DNA from: Nemertoderma westbladi
Lineage: Eukaryota > Animalia > Xenacoelomorpha
NCBI GenBank assembly: GCA_032718475.1
Contig: JAUCBJ010006254.1
Coordinates: 1 to 64,000, forward strand
DNA length: 64,000 bases
Direction of reading: 5' to 3'
Shown in pieces: positions 1 through 11,607 of the stretch. The notes under the pieces were generated by a model that did not search any database, was not told the DNA's origin, and was given only the letters and a program-made list of their open reading frames with translations. Within the stretch, counting starts at the first letter, position 1. Every line of letters begins with the position of its first letter. The position numbers and the translations under genes are program-made.

Positions 1-1681
1 AACATAGCGCGATAGCTTTCCCACCCAACAGGGCAGATGCTGAGGTATGAAGTTGGTATAAACAGAATGTTTTCCAAATGTAGTTGTAGTGGAAACACAA
101 AAGTAGGCCTATATTAATTATATGTAATTTTTTTTAATGTTTAAAGACAACTATTAGCTAAAGTTTTAAAGATTTAATTAATTAATAATTCTAAACAAAA
201 CAATAGTATATGATTAAATTCTAAAAAAAATGCAACAACTAGCTTTAAAATTTAAAAATTACTAGTCAAAAAAGGCAGTACAATATAGGCCTACTCATTT
301 TAAATCGAAAAAGCTAGCTAGTCTCTTTTATCAAACTATAGTTTTTTTAAGTTTCAAAATTATGAAATCAGGTTTACAGTAGGCCTACTATTAAAATAAG
401 GAACCAGTACGCCTTTAAAGCGTAGGCCTAAACTGCATTAAATCAAGCATAATTAAAAGCAACATACTGTATTGTTTTTTTTATCAAGCGGCTATATCAG
501 GGTTTATTGTTGAAGTTACTTAAATCTCGATGCGAGTGTATGAACCTAGTCTGCCGCATTCACGAGCATTAATTAGTAATTATTGTACTATTATTATGAA
601 CTTTAGAAACAAATACCGCAACTCAATTTAACACTAATTTCGTATAACTTCATTAATAATCGTTCTGCTATATTAATTGTCTATCGTCGATGCCTTCTCC
701 TCCAGTTCCACCACCGGCGCCCGCCCCCATCACGTTGATGAGTGGCGGCGTTCCTCGTTCGAGAAGAAGAACCCCCAGTGGAGGCAGCGTTACTAATGAT
801 GTTAGTACAACGGATTCATACTCATTATAAATAACAGTTAATAAAATTATATGATATATGAAGGCCATAATAAACCATAATGTACTTCATTGCCTTATTG
901 TGTTGTATATATATTATATATTTTATAGGTGAGTTTGTAAAATTTCCATATTGGGTGACCCATATCGAACCAGTGCCTCTCTTCCTTCCTTATTGGGCTA
1001 GCAAACATTTTTATTTTTGCTAACTCTGTGTGTGTGTATTTATTAAATAGAATAAATTGCCTCCACCGCACGCCGCACCCGCACGCAAAAACATGGAGCT
1101 TTCAAACGCTCATATCCAGATATCTCAGGATTTCAAAATTTAGATTAGAATATTTATTACACATTTGGAATCCTGGCAAAGTTTTCTCTATCCGTATCAA
1201 CGAACAACTTTACGATCTGACAACTGGTGTAATATTGACGAAAGCACATTTATTGAGAGCTTGCAGCTAAAGTTAATTAAAACAAAAATAACAATACTGG
1301 CTTACCCGGGAGGGAGGAGGGAGGTGAAACTATCTCTTTTTCAAATTTAATGCTATCTAATTACGATGTAGACAAATTTAGGGGTCGAGTGGGGGAGTGT
1401 GGGGGGGGGGGAGTTGGTGTACCTGAATTTACGACACTAAAAAAGATTAATATTGGTTATTTATATATTTATATAGATTAAGGGGTGAGTCACAGAATAG
1501 TGACACTATCTATATTCGAAGACATTCTGTATTGAATTAATTATTACTAATCCACAGAATGATGTTCCATCAACGGACTCACCCTCGGGCGTCCCAGTAC
1601 CGGATATCCAAATAACAACAGGGTAATTAATACTTATATCACATCCGCAATAATTTTTATTGTCCGTTTAAATCACTCATG

Positions 1682-3065
1682 ATGTCCTTTTTTTTTTACT
1701 TTTTATGTCCTCCAGAAATTTACCGTTAGGTTCCATGCTACCGATTTCTCTACTGCTGTTTTTTCAGGCTATCAGTACCGGTATTAGTTTTTTTTTACTT
1801 TTTATGTCCTCCAGAAATTTACCTTTTTAGGTTCCATGCTACCGGTTTCTCTACTGCTGTTCTCTCAGGCTATCAGTACCGGTATTAGTATATAGAGCAC
1901 TATTTTGCAGTATTGCTGTATTGTATGTACAAATGTAGGTATAAAGCAGGTATTTTAGTACCGGTACCGGTACCGGCACCGGTACTGCTGTAGGCCTACT
2001 GTGTAGCCTACCATTTAAATACGGTAATGGTAGGCCTACCACTCGCTCGCCTCTGTAACCCACTCCTTTCCTTCAATTAGTTAAATGATCGTTTATTGTT
2101 TTGGTTAGAAAATCCCGCCTCTGTAACCTGCTCCTTTCCCTGATTTGGTAAAGTTACCGTATATTGTTTTGGTTAGAAAGGCCCGCCTCTGTAACCTGCT
2201 CCTCTCCTTCATTTTGTAAAGTGACTGTTTATTGTTTTGGTTAGAAAATCCCGCCTCTGTAACCTGCCCCTTTCCTTCAATTAGTTAAGTGATCGTTTAT
2301 TGTTTTGGTTAGAAAATCCCGCCTCTGTAACCTGCTCCTTTCCCTCAATTAGTTAAGTGATCGTTTATTGTTTTGGTTAGAAAATCCCGCCTCTGCAACC
2401 TGCTCCTTTCTCTCAATTGGTAATGTTATCGTTTATTGTTTTGGTTAGAAAAGACCATCTATGTAACCTGCTCCTTTCCTTCATTTGGTAAAGTGATTGT
2501 TTATTGTTTTGGTTAGAAAATCCCCCCTCTGTAACCTGCTCCTTTCCCTGATTTGGTAAAGTGACCGTTTATTGTTTTGGTTAGAAAGGCTAGCCTCTGT
2601 AACCTGCTCCTTTCCTTCATTTGGTAAAGTGACTGTTTATTGTTTTGGTTAGAAAATCCGGCCTTAACCTGCTCCTTTCCATCAATTGGTAATTGTTTTT
2701 GGCTATAAAATGAGTGTTTTGCTACGTCATGTGGTAATCGATTATCGACAACAACCACAAACTATTAAATTTAGAGTCTTTTACCACAGGCGCATATGGA
2801 AATCTATCTCATAGTCTATAAATCATGGAATTTTGAATGTTTTGGCACAGGCATAGTGAAACCAACTGTCCGACAGACCAGAAATCAACAAATTTTGAAT
2901 GTTATGGCATAGGCATGTTGAAATCAACTGTCTGACAGTCCAGAAATCAGCAGTCTCCTGACAGTTTGAAGAAATACATATATAAAAAGTCATTAAAGGA
3001 CAACAAAAGTCATTATGCACAATTCGTAAAAAAAGGAGGACTTAAAAAGTCAAATAAAAGGACAT
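1682..3065. mobile_element. Putative degenerate foldback/MITE-like element with ~31-bp imperfect inverted repeats
   Basis: atgtcc(t)nactttttatgtcctcc at 1682-1713 matches the reverse complement of ggaggacttaaaaagtcaaataaaaggacat at 3035-3065. It encloses a ~100-bp duplication and a 68-bp tandem array. Confidence 0.5.
2048..2705. repeat. 68-bp tandem repeat, ~9-10 copies
   Basis: cgcctctgtaacctgctcctttcc...gtttattgttttggttagaaaatcc recurs at 2048, 2116, 2184, 2252, 2320, 2388 and onward. Confidence 0.95.
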
Positions 3066-3080
3066 AAAAAATCACTGCCT

Positions 3081-3815
3081 ATCATATCATACAGTTGTTA
3101 TAGCAACAGGGTAAATAATACTTATATCTTATCATACAGTTGCTATAGCAACAGGGTAATTAATACTTATATCATATCATGCAGTTGTTATAGCAACAGG
3201 GTAATTAATACTTATATCATATCATACAGTTGTTATAGCAACAGGGTAATTAATACTTATATCATATCATACAGTTGTTATAGCAACAGGGTAAATAATA
3301 CTTATATCATATCATACAGTTGCTATAGCAACAGGGTAATTAATACTTATATCATATCATGCAGTTGTTATAGCAACAGGGTAATTAATACTTATATCAT
3401 ATCATACAGTTGTTATAGCAACAGGGTAATTAATACTTATATCATATCATACAGTTGTTATAGCAACAGGGTAATTAATACTTATATCATATCATACAGT
3501 TGTTATAGCAACAGGGTAATTAATACTTATATCATATCATACAGTTGTTATAGCAACAGGGTAATTAATACTTATATCATATCATACAGTTGTTATAGCA
3601 ACAGGGTAATTAATACTTATATCATATCATACAGTTGTTATAGCAACAGGGTAATTAATACTTATATCATATCATACAGTTGTTATAGCAACAGGGTAAT
3701 TAATACTTATATCATATCATACAGTTGTTATAGCAACAGGGTAATTAATACTTATATCATGTTGTTATACTGTAGCAACAGATTAATTAATACTTATATC
3801 ATATCATACAGTTGT
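3081..3815. repeat. 45-bp minisatellite, ~16 copies
   Basis: Unit atcatatcatacagttgttatagcaacagggtaattaatacttat. A partial unit also occurs at ~1615-1640. Confidence 0.97.
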
Positions 3816-4759
3816 AGTGTGACCGACTACATGTAGCCCGTAGGCTCATTAAACCACCGCACTGCTTCAATTATTGCCGGAATGCATTGCACTTTACGAT
3901 GGAGTGATAATTATTTATTAATTTCATTTTTTTCATTTTTTACTTATATTTTGTTCGATCCGATCAATCTTCCAAAAATACGGAATGGAACAAAATATCC
4001 TCGATCTAGAAGTTTATTCAGTTAATTTCGCATTATTTATTCAAGATCAGTTGGTAATTAATTATTAATAAATTTTGCATTAAAGGTTTTAGTAAAGTAG
4101 GCCATGGTAGAAGGATCTTTTGCTCAAGTAGCTAGTTTAATCAAATTCAAATTTTTGATTTGATTATTTGATTAACGTTCTGGAATATCAACTCACAAAG
4201 TATAGCTAGTACCGGTATTTAGTATAGCTTGAATTATTTAATTAGACAATGGTGCAAAATCTACCTCAAATTTGCTACAGTATAACTTGTTACGTTTAAC
4301 TTCTAAATCAAAAGTAAACGGGTGAAGTGGTCGGCATCGAAATCAAAAGTGAATGTTAAAAAGAAAACAACATCATTTACTCATCTATTTAGTTAAATTG
4401 AGAGTCATTTTCGGATAACACGAATCCCCTCAATATTATTATGTCGTCAAATCTTTATCATAGTGACTGCAATTTGAAACACAACCATTCAACTCACCGT
4501 CGATGTCCACATGGAGCCATTCCTGATATTGTTATCATTAGAAAGCTTGCGTTTCAAGGATTCCAGATTATTTTATGTATAATGTAACTGTAGTATAGGT
4601 ACATAAATATTCAAATATTGCAAGAATTACCGTTCGATGATGGCCATTTATTAATAAGTTTATTATTAATATTATTATTATTATTATTATACAGTAGTTA
4701 TTTGTATATAAAAGCACACTCAAAGTAATATTGATCCCATGTATTTGTTTTGCAGGGAC

Positions 4760-4903
4760 ATGGTGTGGGTTGAGATAATACCTGGGATCTCTATTCCTGT
4801 ACCAGCGCGATTCGCGGGATCCGTACAGAGGTATCGAACACCGATCGCGGTTTTACTCTGCGTTATGGTCGTCATGTTCCTGTACTGTATATTTTTGAAA
4901 TAA
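4760..4903 (+). CDS. Possible small membrane protein or terminal exon (47 aa, C-terminal hydrophobic helix)
   Basis: GC-richer island translating MVWVEIIPGISIPVPARFAGSVQRYRTPIAVLLCVMVVMFLYCIFLK*. It is preceded by acceptor ttttgcag (4755), and AATAAA overlaps the stop. Confidence 0.35.
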   Translation: MVWVEIIPGISIPVPARFAGSVQRYRTPIAVLLCVMVVMFLYCIFLK

Positions 4904-5567
4904 AGTTTATTTGATATATAATATTAATTAAGCGTTAAAGAGACTGTTTATCTTGACTTAATTCAGGATACTGAATTAATAATTGTATAACCTATCTCGG
5001 TTTACTGTAATGTGTACCACATGGGTACCGGTACTGTATAGGAGATATGAGGGAATCTTGACACAATCAAAATGGAAACATTACAAAGTGAATATCGACG
5101 CTAATCATCTCTGATTACGAACTAAAATGAAACTGAAACATGTGATAGGCCTATTGTCTCTCGCTTATTGCTTTGATTAGAATAGCATTCCCAATGTAAA
5201 TAAATATGTAAATTGTAGTCTTCGGCTTGTTTAACCTATACAGTATAAATTAAAGTAACCGCCCAACCCCGGGAACGGGGTTGCCATGTATGTGGATGGT
5301 GCCTGGGGCCACACTTCATTTATTTACTTTTTTTAAAATCATTTAAAAATAATATTCGAACAAAGTTAGATAAAATATGCACAAATTATTGTTTATCGGT
5401 TATTGTTCATTGGAATTTGTTTATTATTATTGTTACAAAAAGTAAAGGCAACAAACTTCCTCCATAACACACCTCGTTTGTTGTTAAACAATGTTTCAAT
5501 TTTCGATTCACAAATAACTTACACCATGGCGAACCAATACAACACGCTATTACGTGAATTGCTACTG

Positions 5568-6834
5568 TCCACGAAGCTAAGGAAAATCAACTACTTTCGC
5601 TAAGAAAGATTTTCCTTAGCTGAGATGGTCTATTCATAGTGGGCTATTTTACTTGTATGGGGCAGATTTAGTGTTTTTTGGTCGGGGAAAAAACTAGCCT
5701 TTAAAAGTACCCTGAAATTTTCCATGTATATACTACTCATCAAGGCGCGTCGTGTGGGATGGGTCTCATCTCCAGGAAAAATCTGGTTTCCATGGCAACG
5801 GACTTAGAAAAAAGTCTATGTATTTCAAGTCAATATTTGTAACTCTATTTGTAGGAAAACTATAATACATATAAACTTGGGGTTTCTCAACACAACTATA
5901 AGGTCCATAGCAGAGCCGATTGAGGTTAAATAGAAAATCCAGTTACCTTGGCAACCGGGCTAAACAGATGTTAAAATTTTTAAAATGTTAATTTGAAGCC
6001 TAAGGTTAAGGTGTGATGACTTGGGACCAATCCCTACCCCCACTATATAACTTATTCTGCGTCCGAATTTGATTGTTCTATTTTGCAGTTACCTTGACAA
6101 CCGCTGAAAACAGATGTTTTTATACGAAAATTATTCATTTGTACATAGACTTCACGATAAAATTTTACGAAACTAGGTATGTGTTATCTGGACCACTAGT
6201 TGGAACTTTTAGTGAAACTCAAAACATTCCAGAAATATCTAGTTACCATGGTAACTGTAGTTTTTTTAAAGTTATATATCATTCAAGTCTATAATCATAA
6301 CTCTATTTGGAGAAAAACTGTAATATATATAAACTTGGGGTTTTGCAACTCATCTATAAGGTCCATATACAAGCCGTTCGAAGTTAATTAGAAAATCCAT
6401 TTACCATAGCAACAAGAGTAAACAGATGTTAAAATTAATAAAATGATAATTTGAAGCACAATTTAATAGTATTATGACTTGGGACCAACACCTACCCCCA
6501 CTATATGACTTATTCTGCATCCGAATTACATTGTTCTATTTTTCAGTTTCCATGACAACCACTGCAAACAGATGCATTTTGATAGAAAATCTGTAATTTG
6601 GACATAAACTACAATATTTTCTGAAACTCGATGTGTTATCTGAAAAACAATCTGGACTGAATCTTTTTTCAAAGGTAAAACCAACAGTTCCAGAGAACTC
6701 TAGTTTCCATGGGAATATAAGTTATTTATTGGCAAATGCTACTAAACTAGGCTAAGCAACGAACCAAATTGTGGCCGTTTGTTTAATTTTCCTTAGCTTC
6801 GTGGTTGCATTTCCTTTAGGAAATGCCTTTCTAG
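5568..6834 (+). mobile_element. Non-autonomous Helitron/Helentron-like element (HINE/DINE-1-like), copy 1
   Basis: 5' TCCACGAAGCTAAGGAAAAT, a nearby partial inverted copy, ~460-bp internal repeats, 3' subterminal ATTTTCCTTAGCTTCGTGG, hairpin GCATTTCCT-tt-AGGAAATGC and terminal CTAG. No TSD. Confidence 0.85.
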
Positions 6835-6886
6835 TATTTTTGTACAAACTTACATTTATTATGAATATACAGAAATAAAAGGCAAA

Positions 6887-7186
6887 GGTTACTGACCTGA
6901 CCCATTGCTCAATTATTAACCGGACCCGTTGACAGAACCCATTGACCGGACCCATTACCATTTAAATGAGCAGGTTCGTAAAGGAGCAAGTTATACAGAT
7001 GGGGTTTGGGGGCACCAAAACAATAAACGAAAGTTAACACATGTTACAAGAATATGGGTCCGGTCACAAAGTTGAGGTAATAAGGGTCCGGTCAATAATA
7101 CACAATAAAATATAATCAAATATAAAGCTTCATTGCGGTATTTAGAGGGTCGGGGTACAGTCAATGTGTCCGCCCGGTCAGTAGCC
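6887..7186. mobile_element. MITE (~300 bp)
   Basis: TIR ggttactgacc / ggtcagtagcc with mirrored internal gaccggaccc / gggtccggtc subrepeats. No clear TSD. Confidence 0.6.
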
Positions 7187-7859
7187 ACTTCCAAAATAAA
7201 ATCTAGATAAACTAAAATGCATTGGGTTTATTAATTAATTGCTCAACAGGAATATGACTCGTCTGTTTTAAGAAAATATACAGATTATAAAGATGGAGTC
7301 TTATTTAGAAACAATAAATGTGTAAGATAATAGTTATGCCCAGGACCTACAGTATTAATCCCTGCAACCAATGTCTTATGGTTTATGGTCTGGCTTTTAA
7401 GAGGGAAATTCAAACAAGTAAACAGGTGGTGTCCAGAAACAGTTAATTGCACAGTCAGCCTGTCTATAGCCGATGCGATAGCCCCTAGTAGTATTTATTT
7501 GAAAGTTTCGGACATTATTGCTGTATTGCACTCAATTACCCAATATAGTTTTATTCAATTCAGTTTAGTGTTTATATTCTACAGTGGTGACTGGTTCCAG
7601 TCTGTTATTAATATAGACGACTGATCTGAATCAGTATTTACCGGTACTGGCATTATTTGTTATTAGTCTGTTAGTTTTGCAATGCAATTAATGATTTTAA
7701 TATTGTATCCGTCTTGTTCGCTGTTTGAATGATTCTCCTTGCTGGCTTTCGTAATGCTCCTTAAATTTAGTATTTAAACCTTCCGGAATTCTCCCTACGG
7801 CATACGGCTGTACGGTGTTTATTGTAATACGTAAGCTGCTGGATTGAGTGCTTAGAACA

Positions 7860-8693
7860 ATGGCAACTAACTACGGCTCGTTACTCTCAGCATTTCTCCC
7901 CCGCCCCGATTTAGCGCCGGTGTTTTCGCCTATTTTTCGCGAACATCAGACGTCGCAACCTAAACACGGCGACATCATCGAACTATCGGGTCTAACTAAC
8001 TCCGGTAAATCCCAACTCACCCTCCATTGGTGCGCCAATATAATCTCGTCACGTGACTTGGCACCTAATAACCACGTGATTGTTGTCGACAGCGACGCGA
8101 AATTCCCTATTGTTAGACTGGTTGAGATATTGACGTCCCGACTAGAGACTGTTAATCTGACAGACGGCGATAAACGACAATATATCGATGAGTGTCTGAA
8201 ACGAGTTCTTGTCGTAAGATGCTTCAACTCTTCGCAATACAACGAGAGTTTAGAGGGAATATTAAAGATACTGAATGATAATGTATCAGTGGCTGCAGTT
8301 ATTGTGGACAGCTTATCTTCTTTTTATTGGGAAGAGCGTGGTTTATCTCAGCAACGGTGTACCTCCTACTGGTCTATCCAACAACAGTACGTAGGTAAAC
8401 TGATACGAATTGCCTCGGACTACAGTGTCACCTTGATCGGGGTCAGACCGTTGTACGAGTCACACAGACCAGACGGTACATCTTTCCTACTGAGAGACCA
8501 TATGTGCCCCTTGTGGTCAAACAACATTACACATTCCTTGATTTTGTCACGCATCGACATCGACACAAGTGTTTGTTACAAACTGAAAGTAATTGGTAGT
8601 TCCAATCCTACTGGAGAAAGTCTTACATTTAGTATAAATAAATTCGGCGTACAATTTCCTGATGTTAATTTTGATAGTGATTTCGTATCGTAA
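7860..8693 (+). CDS. XRCC2: DNA repair protein XRCC2 (RAD51 paralog), intronless
   Basis: Walker A GLTNSGKS and Walker B region VIVDSLSSFYWEER resemble XRCC2 (ILDSLSAFYWIDR). About 277 aa; first ATG at 7860. Confidence 0.9.
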   Translation: MATNYGSLLSAFLPRPDLAPVFSPIFREHQTSQPKHGDIIELSGLTNSGKSQLTLHWCANIISSRDLAPNNHVIVVDSDAKFPIVRLVEILTSRLETVNLTDGDKRQYIDECLKRVLVVRCFNSSQYNESLEGILKILNDNVSVAAVIVDSLSSFYWEERGLSQQRCTSYWSIQQQYVGKLIRIASDYSVTLIGVRPLYESHRPDGTSFLLRDHMCPLWSNNITHSLILSRIDIDTSVCYKLKVIGSSNPTGESLTFSINKFGVQFPDVNFDSDFVS

Positions 8694-9184
8694 AATACTC
8701 CACCTTAATTAAATACTGAACCAGACGGCCTTCCAACCACAAGTTATATCGGACCTTGCCTACATTTCTTTAAATGAATTCGCGATTCGGGTAACTTATT
8801 ATCCATATATTCATGTGGATACACGGAAATAACGCTGTCGGAATGCAAGGACTTCATGCAATGTGAATTCCAATCAAATGTTTACGTAAATCTAATAATT
8901 AATTATTAACACCAACTACCATGGCAACCTTCTCGAGCCGAGTTCCCACAAAATATCTCAGATGATATAAAATTATAAATTATTAAAACCGCATCTAGGA
9001 ATAGTTGCTAAGCAACCTGTGAGCCGTAATTGGTTAGAATAACGACACCTGCGCTGATCAATAAAACTGGAGAGACTTAATGTAACTGGACAAAAAACGC
9101 ATTGAGGTATAATGTAATATCTACAGTTATATTTATTATCGTTCTAATTACACTTATAAATTTCACTCATTAACGCCAATAACC

Positions 9185-10211
9185 ATGCATTGCGTCGCCC
9201 TAGCAACCCTGGGCTTATTGACTATGTTGCCTTGGGTTGCTCGTGGCAACGTTGGTGACCACGGTTTCGGCAACTACGACGGTCTGGATGACCCCAACGC
9301 TTTGGACCCCAACAATAAAAACCCGCTGGAATCCTGCGACATCTTCTACACAAAGTGTCAAGGTAACTCCCACTGCGCGATCACGAGTTACTACCAGCAG
9401 TACTTCGGTAGGTGTCTGTGCGCCGACGGGTTCGTTCTCGACGCTGAGAAACACATCTGTCGCAACTGTACCGACGCGGCCGGGGGTTTCCCTTGCGGGG
9501 CTAACGCAGCCTGCGTTAAGGATGAAGCTTTCGATCCGTACATCACAGAGATTTACCGCTGCCAATGCGACGTGGGGTTCGTCGCGGATATAAACAGTAC
9601 CGAGGGCGCCTGCGTTAAGTGCGACCCCTCGCGGTTGGGCGTGGAACAGAGTTGCGGGCCGGTAGGTAACTGCGTGATAACGGACGGGACAGCGCTGGAC
9701 GACATGGCGGAAGAGACACCGCGTGGCTGCCAGTGCTACGCCGGGTACATAGAGGACGGGTTCGTACGCTCGTGTCGCGCGTGCAATGAGCGTCTCGTAC
9801 CGGTGAACAAGGACGAGTGCGTCGACCTCAATGCGGTCTGCGAGTACTCGCTAGAGGCGCAGCGCTACAAGTGTCTGTGCGAGTTCGGTAACTATACGTG
9901 GAACGCGGGGAATACTTCGTGCGTTCGTTGCACCATCGACGAACCGGTAGCGGAGAACCGCGCCTACTGCCCCCAAGGGCAGACGTGCGTGGCCCCGCTG
10001 AACTACGAGGACGGACGGACGCTCTGCTACAAGCTGTGCAACCCCACCTGGGTGGTGGACCCGTGTAACAACGGACAGACATCCCAGATATGTACCCCCT
10101 CCGTCGACGCTATCTGGCACATGAGCAACAGGAACCGCGTTTGTGAGTGTCAGGAGGGCTACGAACGCTCCAGGGATGGGACCTGCATCCCCACAGGGAA
10201 CCGTCTCACCT
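9185..10211 (+). CDS. Exon 1 of a secreted cysteine-rich EGF-like repeat + LU-domain protein
   Basis: Signal peptide MHCVALATLGLLTMLPWVARG, repeated CxC..G(F/Y) EGF-like modules, and donor t|gtgagt at 10212. Confidence 0.85.
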
Positions 10212-10273
10212 GTGAGTATTTCTATTGTATAGGAAGTAATACCTTGTTACTATTCTGTGCCAATATCAAAGGT

Positions 10274-10406
10274 ATGCGAAATAACTATTTAAGCTGTGGC
10301 AAAAAAAGTGTACTTCTTTGTCGAGCGATATTATTTGGCGAGCGTAGCGAGGCAAATAAGACAAAAAATATTACTTTTTACCACCACTTAAATAGTTATT
10401 TCGCAT
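10274..10406. mobile_element. Small palindromic non-autonomous element in the intron
   Basis: Perfect 20-bp inverted repeat atgcgaaataactatttaag / cttaaatagttatttcgcat flanking a gcgagcgtagcgag core. Confidence 0.55.
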
Positions 10407-10683
10407 GGTATTTTTTCCAAAAAATGTTCTAGAAAAAAAATATGTTCTAGAAAACAATATTTATCAAAATTGATAGCTAACACGTGTTCTATAACATTTA
10501 TAAAAAAATAGCAAAAACTAGCCAGTATAAAAAATGGAAATTACTTTGAAATTTAATTTAGTTCTTTTGACAAAAATAATGACTTACTACAAATAAAAGT
10601 TATTATTTGTCTACCAATTATTAAATTTAATGCACCAACACAATCACCCTATTACCATAACAACGTTCTGCGTCTACCTCCAG

Positions 10684-11096
10684 GTTACACGTGCGAACAT
10701 GGCGATCACAAATGCAACGAGATTCAGGACACCTCCAAGAACTTCTACAAGCTGTGCGAATACGACGAGGTCTGTTACACCGAGATGCTTCACTGGGTCG
10801 AGGATGAGGGGGGCACGGGGGTCGAGGGGTCAACTCTGCGATGGAGTTACCGACGCGACTGTCGCAAGGACCCCTGCGACTGGATCAACCCGATCACCGA
10901 CTGCGTCGACGTCGGGGGTCGTCTCCATTGCGAGTGGTGCATCTGGTTCGGGCCCCAGAAGCAGTGCCTCAGCTGCTGCGAGGATCCACTCTGCAACTGG
11001 TACGAACTCGATCGTGGCGGCTCCCAGCCAATCAGAGGCCATCAGCTAGGGGTTGTTTACCTCGTTGTCATGGTAGCCGTCGTAATCCACTCATAA
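10684..11096 (+). CDS. Exon 2: Ly6/uPAR (three-finger) domain and GPI-anchor-like hydrophobic tail
   Basis: Acceptor ctccag|g at 10683/10684. The phase-1 splice gives LTCYTC...CCEDPLCN then GVVYLVVMVAVVIHS*, in frame with ORF 10785..11096. Confidence 0.85.
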
Positions 11097-11607
11097 TAAA
11101 TTCGTTACAGCTTCGAGATAGAACTTTATTTTTGAACATTAATATATTTTGTTCCCTGGAAGCACCTCAGTTTCTATTTATTTCACACCATAAATCATTA
11201 TTGTATTCAAAAATTATTGTTTTCAAAATAATTATAATTCATCCGACGAATAGGATTGCACATTGGTTAGACTGGCGGGAGATGTTTATAAGAATTTCAG
11301 TTGAAGTAGAGTATCGGACCCGATATGGCACGCCACGTCAACCTCATCTTAAAATAATTCACGTTTAACGTATCGTTAGTGTTACAACGTGTAATAACAC
11401 TGCGCTGAAATCTAGTCTAATCTAGCTTTTGTACTTTCTATCTAATTTAGTGATGGAAAGTAATAATATTGAGTGATAAAAGTATAGCCATGATAGCACG
11501 TGTTACGTGCTGGCCCGTTACGGCCTATTATGGGGACGGGAGGGGGCTACTTCGGTCTTAAAAGACATGGAATTCAATTTATGTTAGTTTTAGGTTAGCC
11601 TGGTGTA

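Noticed and set aside
10212-10432. C-terminal part of ORF 9185..10432
   Set aside because: Read-through into an AT-rich intron after the gtgagt donor.
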